The position numbers and the translations under genes are program-made. Positions 51,501-63,095 of a stretch of 64,000 nt of DNA are shown here, one piece after another. This DNA comes from Marsupella aquatica. Taxonomy: Eukaryota; Plantae; Marchantiophyta. The notes beneath the pieces were generated by a model. The model saw only the letters and a program-made list of their open reading frames with translations, was not told the DNA's origin and searched no databases. The stretch is taken from contig OZ316895.1 in assembly GCA_973895155.1 (NCBI GenBank), forward strand, positions 13,696,125 through 13,760,124, read 5' to 3'. Within the stretch, counting starts at the first letter, position 1. Each line of letters starts with the position of its first letter.

Positions 51501-54500
51501 ACTTCTTCAGCCTAATTCAGTCCTTTATGCTCATTCTACATCTTTCATTGGTGACATCTCCAGTCGTCGAAATAACAGAACTGATGCTCAAATGGACAAC
51601 CCATGTGAAATTTGAAAACGAAAAGGCATCTAGATGGTATAAGTTACGAGACGAAATGGTTAAAAGGAATTTAACGGAAATAAGGGAGAGCCACCTTAAC
51701 TTAAATATTGCAATTTTAACATTGGCTGCGCCTAACTTCAAAGCGATCTAGCATTACATACCTGGCCATTTTCCATATAGCTGTCTGGTCGTGAATTGAG
51801 AACCTTAAGACTTGATTTGCTCTTCAATTTTGAGGGAGGCGGAGCTGGCGATGCTTGAACGGATTCGGTTGACGAATTCAATTCCTCTAGCCAGGAAGGA
51901 TCCTGCCAAACAGGGGGAAAAAAAACTTTGATAAAAATAACAAACTGGGCTTACGGAACGTCTGATCTTACATAACGACGTGGCTAGCAATTACAGGAAC
52001 AGGACACCAAAACAACTCACCCGCTGGAGAGCCAATTTATTTTCAACGTATTTTGAGAGCGGAACTTGCTGAGAAAGTTCAAGTCTTGATTTACTTGTGG
52101 GCCCTTCATCGATCAGTGGAGTACTAGACGCTGTAGGAGAAGAACTTGAGACTTCTTGGTCCGTTCTCTCAGGTACAATTGTATTACACCGTTCAACGGA
52201 ATACTCTCTCTTTAGTTCTCCAATTTTGGACGTCGCTTTGTACTGTCGAAGGTGATCTTTTAGACGAGGTGTGATGTGGAACTGGATCAGAAGAAGATTC
52301 AGTGAATACAGCTTTCAAGCTTCGCTCAGTGCTCCTGACGATGAAAGCAACAAATAGCACGAAGCTCCTCCAAACTTTAAATGTGCCATGTGTCACAACC
52401 GTGCTAAACGTGCCCAGAAAACCTTGATAAGTAAGAACCGTTTACGCTAGCCTGCTTCTCAATAAAAGGATCTAATCTGAAAGCACGCATGAATTCACTG
52501 GATATAATAATAAGACTCTGCTCGATGAAGTTGCCCCAACAATCAATCAACCACAAGATGTTTCTAATCACTCACCATTTTCCTTATCATTGCCTTCCAT
52601 CAGAAAATTCGTCTTTCTAGCAACTTCCACCGAACCCAAAAGGATGTAAGGAAATCAAAAGACCCACCTCATAGAAACATCTGTGGCAGAAAAACTCCTT
52701 ACAGGTTTCACATATAACTTGAGCTTCTGTGGAAGTTTTGGTCCTTGCTTCACACACTGCACAACTGGATTATCCACCCAGATTAGAACACAAGAACAAC
52801 GTGCAGTGTGCATTCCCATTAATACTACAATAATGAAACTTAATTCTAAATTGGAGGAGTAAATATCTACATCGACTGATGAGTATTTTAGTCCAACCAT
52901 GCTGCTCAGACAGGAATGGCCTATGACAAGCTCATGCTTCGGCAAATTTTGTGGAACCACGTCCTAAGTACAAGTAACATGTCTAAGTTTCATTTATAAC
53001 AGCAATACTTGTGATTCAAGTGCCCCTCAAACTTTCAAGCTTATGATTCCGAACAATGCATCTTCTTTTGCTGGTTTCAATATCATTCCAAAGGATCCAG
53101 GATCCTGTCACATGAATTGACCTCCCCGACATGGATCCTACAAAGGAAACGTCTTTGCTGCTCAGATATTAATAATACCTTTCTGAGGCACCATCTAGCT
53201 TCCAGTTGAATGGTGGTGCGGGAACACCTGCGTTCAGAAGTATTTTTGATGTGGGAAGAGGGTCAGTCTTGCACAGAGTTCTCAATTTGTTGTGCAATTC
53301 TAACGAGTACAGCTTGAGCCTCCGTAAATCAAACAGGTACATGATGCAGGGCATAGTTTGATTTTGTAGAGGATGAAAAATTGCATACAAAATAGACGAC
53401 CAAAAAAGTGCCACAAAATCCGTCCAAGATCTCGATATGATTTCGCCAGAGACAAACAAGCTTGGATCTTGTTGGGTAACCCATGTCTATTTTTTTTCTT
53501 AACCGACTTCAATCAGAAACTCTTTGAAATTTGGCTAGATGATTGCAATTATTTTGAGCCAGTATGCAAAGAATTTTGACCTGACAAGAGGCTTTCGCCA
53601 AATTCTTCAGCCTCCTGGGTCGTCCACTCCATCTGCATTGAAACACCAGAATCTGTTAAAGACCTGCCTGCTACCTTTGATCTGGTAAAATCAGAAGAGG
53701 AACATTCTGTTAAAGTCCATGCCCATCAACATTTAACCTCAGCCAAGAAAAAATTACCGTGGCTTCGAAAAACTCTAAGTCAGCATCACTGTCGTCACTA
53801 TTAACACTTCCAGTGCCCTTGGTAATTTCGCCACTCTTGTCTACCACAAACTCGAGTCCTGTGTTTGGATCGATTATGGGAGGCTGCTTCACAGCAGCTT
53901 TGAGCTTTGCTCGCCCTTCTAGTTCCAAAGATTGAATCTGCAATTTTAATTAAAAATGATAGTCGTTTCAGCAGACTAAACAGACAAACTCATCAGAAGA
54001 CGCCACGGTTGTTCCTGCTAACACGCAATCATTGAGAGCGTACAACAACCAGTCTTGAGTACCATATTTTGGACGTATACTAATCAAGATCTCGCACGCC
54101 ATTCAGTGTTCATAACATCTTGCAAATCTACTGGTACTCTGGACAAGGAGACACCAGTGTTAAGAAATAAAGAGAAAGTCTCAGTCATAGAAAGCCAGGT
54201 AACGCAAAGAAAGTACCTCCTCAAAAGTGAGGTCGTGCCACTCATCAATATAACCAAATGCATTGCGATGGGTGAGGAGGATAATCTGCATTGATTAGAC
54301 CCGGCAACCATAAGAATGGTGCCGGTTCATACATCCAGATTGCATTAGATAGATAGAGAATTCATTTAGAGATAATTAGAATCCAAGCATTGGGACCAAC
54401 GAAAAATAAACGCTATTACAGGAGTCGTTGAACTAAATACTCTGACTCTTAAAATATCTTCAGGTCAAATTATCCAACACTCAGATACATGGTTCTGCTT

Positions 54501-57500
54501 GTGTTTCGGATCTAGGACCACCATCTGGTGAAAGCTCTTGAAGAACATGAAAAAAATTCTTCACCACCATCATGGCGAATGAAGACCAGGTTGGTACCTG
54601 TCGAATCCCGTTGAGCATGAGTTTCTCTAAGCGACTTTGCACCCCCCAATAGCTGCATCCAAATAACATAAGGTTTAGAATGAAACGTTCAGATTCTATC
54701 GTCTCTTTCCCAAGCAATAAACTCCAGACTGTCAATTTTGTTTTCCTTTCCAATCGCTACAAAGCAACATTTCTAGCGTCACTTAGTGGTGTACAACAAA
54801 GTAGGGCCACTGGTTTCTCAGAGGACGTGTGCCTCTACTTGAACTGGAAACAAAAGGGTTTTCCTTCGTATAAACGTAGTTTCAGATAATCGAATAGGTC
54901 TGTGCCGGTTTCGAAAAGGCTATATTTCAGTTGGCAGTTTCGTACGCAATAATACTTGGAATTGAACAGACCAACTAACAAACCATATCGAAATAAAGAC
55001 ATTCAAAGTGTAGAAAGGCACTGCTTGTAGTCCCCTAATAAAGGCCAAGAAACTTCGTGGAATAAGGACATCGAGAAAGAGCGTCCACCTACTTGGCCTC
55101 CACCCTCACCAGCTTGTAAGCGCACATCATAGGAACTGAAGTTTTCTGCCATCCGCTCAGAAGTGGTCCTCGCCTGCCATATATAAGTGTATAAGTCAAC
55201 ACCGCGTATCATTAAAAGTGGTCTGTTTTCTGGGAATTAAGTGACTGGGGAGCTTCCGACTCAATTCACTAAAAAATTCAGCTCCTCCCTTAGGCCTCGT
55301 AGATTCGTGTCACTAATTTCACTAATCTTTTGCTCTGTAAAGCGTTTTCAAAAGTACAGTCATTCTTTCACTAATCTATATCTCTGGTCCGGATTGATGG
55401 GATTTTTCTCAGAGTCCCACAAACTAATTGCTAAGCAAAGTCGCCATGCTCTACAACAGAGTTCATATCCAGGTTCCCGGTATGCAACCTGCTAATCTGA
55501 ATATGTTCTTACATCAAACTTACCCGGTCTTCTTGGAGGTGACTAGCTGGGGATCCAGCTTTGCCTGATAGTCTCTTTTCTGAACCTGCTTGGCAAGAAA
55601 ATTGCAGTCTCTCGTCAGAGCTCGCTAGAAGTGCTGCAGTTGTCAAAGCAGCATTGCACGGTCAAATTGACATAAGGTCTAGCAATTACAGGACTCCAGT
55701 AGAAAAATGAAATTTAAAATCCTGATATTCTCCAAAATGGTATTCCATTGCTAGCGAGTTTGGAGCTTCAGCAGAATTGAAGACATTTCCTCAACTTCAT
55801 TAGACCCATAGCAATCCAACAAGTTGGACAATCAATGCTAGCAAAAGTGCAAACCTTGTCAAAAGCAATGTCCACCATGTCCACTTTCCGGATTGCCAGT
55901 TCAGCTTCACTCAACCCAAGTATATTCTCTGATGAGCCATCATCATCTTCATGCACACTGATCATCTCTATTTTAAGCTGTAACACGACACAGGACAATT
56001 TAGATTTTCATCACTCACAACTTTTGAACATTTTATCTCCTTTCTACTGTGTATTCATCAACACCGTAGGCATCAAGGCCCGCTAAACTTGCAGCTGAAC
56101 TGTACACAAAGCACAAAGCAGAAAGAGTAGAGAGCAGAGAAGTAACTGAAGACCACAGAAGTTAAAACAGACCTTGTGAAAGAAAGGAACTGTAAGAACA
56201 GAGCGAATGTGGGGATACGCCATCCATGTCTTCTCATCAATTACAAGTGCACTTGCTGGAACCAACTTTGTGACCTATTCCAGACATCCATTACCCTTAT
56301 ATCAGATTTGTAGATTAGCCAAGCGTACATCTCAGTGAGACGTTCCCTAGGTAGAATTGCTTTACTGTGCGTTGTTTCAAAAGGCCAGTGTAGTGTGCAA
56401 GCTAGTCTTCATCGCTCGTGTTCAGAAGGTTAGAGACAAGACTATCCCATATAATTTGTCCTTGGCTGTAATATTCTCCCCAAAAAGTACTGAGAACACT
56501 TCCAAATGAGATCTTGAAAGAGCTCACGTTCATTGCACTCTGAGAAAAGTTGCTACGAAACCATTCTAGAGGATCACTGTCATATCTCGTTTAAACAGAG
56601 TAATGTAAATACCCAGTCTGGCAGGCGATCCCCCAAACGATACAGGCTGTGCGTGAAAACCCCTTGTCCCCAGATCTCGTTGACATATGGGGCAGATGAA
56701 ACGAGCTGCACAATGCAAGAACAGGAGAAACACAAGAGATATTACAAGGATTGTTCCAAACTCGCAGCATGTGGTGTACTAGTGATCAAACTCCTATACG
56801 TGTGAATAAAGAACTGACTTTCTGCGGTATTACTTCAATGTACTTCTTCGCCACATAATAGAGTAACGAGTACATCTACAAGCGAAAGAATGAATCAGAC
56901 ACCATAGTCTTAAAAAATCCATCCGGGGCTCGTTCACTCGAACTGTTCCTTGGAAACATGAACAGCTCAACCCTTTGGAATAATGATACAAACCTGTCCT
57001 CCTTGGCCTTCAGTTGTGTTAGCCTCATTGGTCTTCCAATTTGCATAACGCTGTCCCCTCTTGAACTCTTCCACTGCACGTCAATTTCCACATCGTATTA
57101 CAATTCTGAAGCACTTCAACGTCCAATCTTGAATTGTACGATTCCAGATGTTCTTGTCCTATCGTTCTCAGAGAGGCTTTCCCTTAATATTGGAATTTAA
57201 TATGTGCTGTACTCGAATTTGATGTGTGATTCTTTTATCTAATAAGATGCAGGCGGAAGTAGTTTCAATTGAAGGAAACTACTTCAAAGCTCTCCAAACT
57301 TCTTAGTTGATCGTCCACCAAGGATGAAGTACCTTCCAAGGATGTCTTCACTAGAAACTGAAACACCCTATGTTTGTGCTTTGCACCTTCTTCGATTTTG
57401 TTTATATTTGATTCAGCCATAGAAGATACATTTCCAGGTCCGAAAAGAGGACTACTCAGGAATCACTAAAGATTTCGAGTTATTCCAATCGTGAAGAAGA

Positions 57501-57598
57501 ATGACATGGATGCCAATGCGTCCGGCGTGAAGAATGACATGGATCTGATATGCACCTGTCATGGGCAGTGGCACCCGCGTCTCTGCAATGTGTACCAT
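48549..57598 (-). CDS. Multidomain protein: PITP (IP_trans/StARkin) + FFAT-like + B-box-like zinc finger + DUF547; 21 coding exons, ~876 aa
   Basis: Exons 57598-57556, 57073-56994, 56705-56613, 56274-56173, 55977-55855, 55585-55524, 55173-55093, 54652-54598, 54285-54217, 53937-53758, 53632-53581, 53299-53179, 52764-52668, 52281-52021, 51902-51762, 51235-50847, 50551-50452, 50165-50106, 49798-49712, 49415-49296, 48863-48549. All GT-AG, phases consistent, 2631 nt. PITP motifs: ETRVPLPMTVEEF, DEKTWMAYP, DPQLVTSKKTGRGPL, MCAYKLV, YWGVQSRLE, HRNAFGYIDEWHDLTFEEI. DUF547 motifs: PNELSEEMVRSM, DPYGV, RLAFWINLYNSLMMHAY, PEPLVSFALCCGSYSSPMVRVYT, IPKIMHWY, YDWTFRYL. Domain calls are firmer than the linker exons joining them. 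Confidence 0.78.
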
Positions 57599-59800
57599 TT
57601 CTTGCGTTTCTAAATCGCTGTGAGCTTTCTGCAACCGACGCTACGAACGGATTGCCTTTAGTGGTAAGGGCAGTAACAGGCCCTTAAATAAGAGATTCCA
57701 ATCTAGAAAAGTTCGCGCGCGATGTCAGAAGTATTTTAATCCAAGAAAACCTTTCCACATAACTCAAATTCCCTCCAAAGATGAACTTTTGTCGCCGTTC
57801 TTCCACATTCGAGGTCTTTCCCGGTACAGAGATGTGTTTGCATTCCGTCAAGCAATCTGTGATGACAGTAAGTGCTGCGTCGGCAAATCTGAAGTCATTC
57901 CAAAACAATTTCGGACGCCTGTCTGCCTTGTCTACACAAATGCCAATGTACTCATCGACGCAAAACCAGCTGAGTGGAAGTGGACAACTGTAAGCCTCTA
58001 CCGCACAGAAGCTTGTACATCAATTTCAACCCTGCAGACAAATCCATAAACTAATCAAAACATTCACTCGCAAGTTTTACTAAACGATTCGACTGCTAGA
58101 TAGCTGTGACAAATTGTGCTCTCGAATCAATGCGTCCTCCGATAAGTTGTTACGGGAATGGATTTCTCCAATGTGGAACAAGGGACGCACCCAAGTACTA
58201 AAGCAGATCATAGCTACGGAACAATTCAAAGCCTTGGCTTGAACGACACTTTCTTATCTTCATCTAGACTGTCTAGACAGGAGAATTTCTCACAAGGAAG
58301 CGTCCGTCGCCGCCGAACGACAGTGCCACTCTCCAGTAATAGCTTGTCAGGAGCGAAACATGAGCGGGCCAAAAGATGACAGCAGCCGACACAGCGGACG
58401 CGATGGAAGGCGCTAATGTGAAAATTTAGGAGTCAAAAATCATGCGGTATTACTTCTTTTGACTGTCTCCTAACTGCAGGCATGCTTTTGAGCACACCTG
58501 CTGGGCTCGATTTTGAATCCCGGCCACTTTGTAAGCTGCCGCAATTCGACAATTATTCTGATTTTATCGTCCACCAGAACAGAAAAAAATGGATCTTGAT
58601 TCCAGCCGTTAGAAGATGATCTCCATGATCAGTAGAAGTGCAGCCACAGAGTAATAAAATAAATAGCCCCGACACAACCGAATTGGAAGAAGAGACCTAA
58701 AATTCTGCGCTAAAGAGCTTCCGTATTGCACATGAGGCTGTTCCAGGTAACGGGGAGCATATACCGAGAAGATGCATCGTTTGTGTGCCATCTGCATGCT
58801 CATCAATTGCGTACATAGTCGCACACTCTACATAATCGCACACTCTACTGTAGGTACTTTAGTCCGTTCCTCACGGACCAGGTAAACTCCTCCTCCACTT
58901 CACATATTTAGCACGAGGACTCCCCTGTTCTCGTCTGCATCATTATCAGGTCCTGCTCTTCACAAACCTATTCGTCGTCACAAGCTCCATTTCCGATTTC
59001 ACGGCGTCGTGGTGATGAGGAACACTTCAGTTACACCTTGTGATGGTCTTTTCTTCAAACACTTCTACCTGATGACATATTCATCACGCGTAAATTCAAC
59101 GACTCCTCTCCACTGGACCAGCTTCATTGCACCGCATTTTGGCATAAACAAGCGCAAGCACCAAATTGAGCGGTGCAACAATCTGAAAACAAAACACGGC
59201 GACAGATTTCAGTCACACAATTCTGGAGCGAATTTTTTACACACGTCAATTGTTTCATAGAAAGAGAGAATCGTACATACCGCGGCACCTGTAATCGCCG
59301 CTACCAACCAAACAAGCTTCGCACGGTAGATTTGGAGCTCCCCGAATTGGTTCTCCGATGCAGGACTACGGGTGGACTTGCAGCTTCGTCACAACTGGCA
59401 ATGAAAAAAGTGCAGGGAATCGATTCGAAACAGCACTGCACGAACGGGATTCTTCTTCGCGTGAAATTCTTCACCTACCCACGGCACAAAACGCCGGACA
59501 ATCGTGCGGCACTCAGCCGCACTTGTGAGGATGAGACGGAATCCGCATTCGGGGAAAATAACGGACTCCGACGTTCGTCTCGTGAGATTTTTTCTACGGC
59601 GAAATGCCGGATACACTCCTCCGGCGCCGCAGTGCCGGGAAAGGAGTTCTACGATCATACCAGTTCCGGCAAACGGCAGGATTATGGGACACGGTCCGGC
59701 ACTTTTCCGAGCGGAGCCAATTTTCAAAATTCTTTTCCACTTTTGGCAAGGACTACTGTAGGTGTCCCGCACGTCCAAATGTGACAACATAGTATGTAAG
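57599..59800 (-). promoter_or_regulatory. Long leader/promoter of the PITP-DUF547 gene
   Basis: CpG-rich unique DNA with candidate minus-strand acceptors (near 57629 and 58032) and no recognisable protein. Confidence 0.35.
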
Positions 59801-59949
59801 AAGACATCACTCCATGTCATCATAAACACAGTTATTCTCTTACTATATTGTTTGCTAGAGGGAAAAAATGAGTGAAACACTGGGGATAATAATTATTATG
59901 ATAATTACTCTTTTTGTGTCCAGTATTTTGATTTTAATGTGCCTTGACA

Positions 59950-61048
59950 GAAAAGGAAGCCCTGATGGACCGCGCTCCTTATGAAAAAGCCCAGAGAGAC
60001 TTTGGCAGCCCCTATGGACCCAGCTCAACCATCATTTTTCACTGAAATAACACCTGTTACACTTATGTTAGAATCGTGACCTGTTAAAGTGCTGAGACAG
60101 GTTGCAGTAAGTATTCTGTCCACTCCAACCGGATTCCAGTCCATTGCAGCTGGTTGTTCAAGTGTTGTCCTGAACTTATGAAGCTCTTCTCCCGTCCCGA
60201 ACCTATGAAGCTCTGCTACCGCTTTTCACATGTCAATGTTCCCAATGTGGCACGATTGGAAACACTTTGAACTGTACCAAGCACACTACCTAAAAATGCA
60301 AAAAATTAGCTGAAGTCTCATAAACGTAATTGCTGCTGATTCCAGCAGCTGACTTCGACAACATAGCTGCTCTCTCAAAGCTGGCGCAGAGCAATGTCGG
60401 GTGAAACGGGCGAAGGAGGCACTAGCAATTTCAGCTGTGCAACACTATTTTTCAAGACCATCGTTCACACAAAATTCCTTCCAAAGCAAGCGTATTCACA
60501 GGAGATACACTGCAGACAGTGTGCTTATGAGTAGTAGAGAACAAGGCCCACCTATTAGCTTGCTGAATGTTTCTGATGAAGTTGTCGTTGCAGCTGTCGT
60601 TTTGCCTCCCAATGTGAACGTGAAGTACTCCCCTCAGATCATATGAAAAGTAAATGCAGCCTGAATTTTCTCAACATTTGTTCACACAGTCGAACTCCTA
60701 CTCAATTCAGCTGCTTGAATCAGCAGCAATGCTCGCTCCAAGTCAGCCGTCAGTTTTAGCTTAATGTCATTACAGCCAATGGTCCTGAGCATAGAAGGGA
60801 GAATATAGCAGGAACCATTGTCCGCATTCCAAGGGCTCCGACTAGGAAGTACTGATGGATACTGCCTTACCAAGGAGTATCAACGGAAAATTTCTCCGTC
60901 CCTTTATCTCATCCATAGAGCCATTCCATATACCGTCACTTAGTTTTGCTGAATCTCTTTACTGTCAGCGGAGCTTCATCCATTAGAGACCCAAGGTTCT
61001 TAAGCTCGGTCCATCCAGGCTTCCATTTCGCCTCCAGGCTTCCATTTG
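59950..61048. mobile_element. Non-autonomous Mutator-like element (~1.1 kb)
   Basis: Left TIR gaaaaggaagccctgatggaccgcgct versus right agctcggtccatccaggcttccatttc (terminal ~15 bp duplicated). Flanks gccttgaca (59941-59949) and gccttaaca (61049-61057) form a 9-bp TSD with one mismatch. An uninterrupted copy of the host repeat lies at ~61108-61170. Confidence 0.72.
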
Positions 61049-61275
61049 GCCTTAACAAGGTAAATCATTTGTATTAATTAGATTTTGTTTTGTCTTATTC
61101 AAATTTTGTGTCTAGTATTTTGATTTTAATGTGCCTTAACAAGGTGAATCATTTGTATTAATTAGATTTTGAATTAATTTTTGGACCCCTTTTAGTTTTA
61201 GTTAACTTAGCATTTTGAATTTATTTTGGCTCCCCGCATAAGTGTTTAATCTTTCCCTTTCAATCACTCCATAGT

Positions 61276-61520
61276 GAATTCTATCTTCTCAAGAGAGGGA
61301 GATAAATTATTTTAAATAATGTGCAAATTGTTGTGCTAAATCACACTGTTGATGTATGAATTCTATCTTCTCAAGAGAGTGAGAGAAATTATTTTAAATA
61401 ATGTGCACATTGTTGTGCTAAATTACACTCTTGATGTATGAATTCTATCTTCTCAAGAGAGTGAGAGAAATTATTTTAAATAATGTGCACATTGTTGTAC
61501 TAAATTACACTCTTGATGTA
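61276..61520. repeat. 82-bp tandem repeat x3
   Basis: 'gaattctatcttctcaagagag...ttattttaaataatgtgca...acactcttgatgta' repeated three times. Confidence 0.92.
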
Positions 61521-62325
61521 CTTTTCAAATGTATGTTTTTAATTGAGTTGACTCTCATTATCTAGAAGCAAGTGAAAATATGTACTTTATATACACAACT
61601 CTTCATTATCTTTGTATTTTCCTGGTATTATATGTTTTTCTTTACATGTGTAAGTATGGTTTTGTGCAATATTTCATTCACTTTTCTTGGCATGTACTTT
61701 ACATCTACTATTTTTTTTATCATAAATAAATTAGATGAAGTACATATCACTACAAGACAAAAAAGAAGCATGTTGCAAGATAACATCTATTGATCTTCTC
61801 TACTAGTGTAATAAAGAATCCTGCCAATTTTAGTCTATCTCCCCAGTACAAAAGTGAAAAAGGAGGGAACAATGTTCAACTATCAAATATTTTCTAGAAT
61901 TATTTAAGTCTCTTGGATTGAGTGACATGGGTACTCAATGAGATGTGTATCTAAAATTGGTTCTAAGTTATAGTACAAGGTAGATTTATTATGTCATAAA
62001 ATATAGAATACTTGAATGTGTTATTGTATTTATTTTATAGCTTGCTTATAGTATTTTTTGGCATAGAGCATTAAAGTGGAAGTACATTATTGTATGGCCT
62101 ATTTAGAATATATTTTGGCATAGAGTATTAAAGTGAAAATAGATTGACTTGAGATAATGGTTTTTGGCCGGGAGCAAACACTAAGCGAAAGTAGAGTAGA
62201 TTGACATTACATTATTTTGGTTTTTACTCTTAAAAGGAGATTTAATTTTTTGGAGGTTAATTGTCTCTTCTTCCCATTTTTTAGCTCCTTTTAAAATCTT
62301 TTTAATGGTGTTGAAGGGAAGAAAA

Positions 62326-62522
62326 AGGGGGAGGAGGCTAGGAAGGACGAGGCACTAGGAGGGCAAGAGGGGAAATCAAGGAAAGAAAGGGAGAGGATGG
62401 GAGAGGTGATGGGGGGGGGGGGGAGGAGGCTAGGAAGGACAAGGCACTAGGAGGGCAAGAGGGGAAATCAAGGAAAGAAAGGGAGAGGATGGGAGAGGCC
62501 ATTGGGGGGGGGGGGGGGGGGG
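62326..62522. repeat. ~94-bp purine-rich duplication with long G runs
   Basis: 'gggaggaggctaggaaggac(g/a)aggcactaggagggc...ggatgggagagg' twice, each followed by poly-G. Confidence 0.85.
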
Positions 62523-62649
62523 TAGGGAGGCCATAAAAATTTGGGTCAAAGAATAAACATGGGTTGAATAGATGTGGTGGTCATTATTTTGCGCACATCT
62601 CCAATTTCTATGTGCAACGCACAGGTTATGATCTCACCATGACATATTT

Positions 62650-63095
62650 TCTCTCTTTGACATCTTCTCCTCAACTCAACATCTTACCTTTTGCTCACCT
62701 TGATATATTTATATCACTACAATATCTTTCCGTCACGTACCCTCAACATCATTATCTCCTCGAATCTTTTCTTCATCTTTACATTTTTTTCTCACCTTGC
62801 TTTCTTTTCTCTCCTTGACCTCCTTTTCTCACCTTGACTTCTTTCTCTCACCTCAACATCTCTTTTTCTCACCTCAACATCTCTTTCTCTTATCGATATC
62901 TTTTTTCACCTCAACATCTTTACCTCACCTCCTTATCTTTGCCTCTCCTTGACATCTTGCCCTTGCCTCGATATCTTTCTCTCACCTCCTTATTTTCTCC
63001 TTGCCTCAACATCTTTGCCTTGCCTCAGAATCTTGCCCTCTCCTTGACATCTTGTCCTCGCCTCAACATCTCCTCGACATCTTTCTCTCACCTCA
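62650..63095. repeat. Degenerate pyrimidine-rich minisatellite
   Basis: Many copies of 'tcacctcaacatct' and 'ctccttgacatctt'. Confidence 0.75.

Noticed and set aside
51340-51511. Extra exon with an in-frame TGA (AEEVSKPE*ETRTVDLLQRLQKH...) suggesting readthrough or selenocysteine
   Set aside because: The acceptor lacks a pyrimidine tract and the model is in frame without it; kept only as a possible alternative terminal exon.
59173-59880. 203-aa (+) and 163-aa (-) ORFs
   Set aside because: Overlapping ORFs in GC-rich promoter-like DNA with no domain motifs; likely chance.
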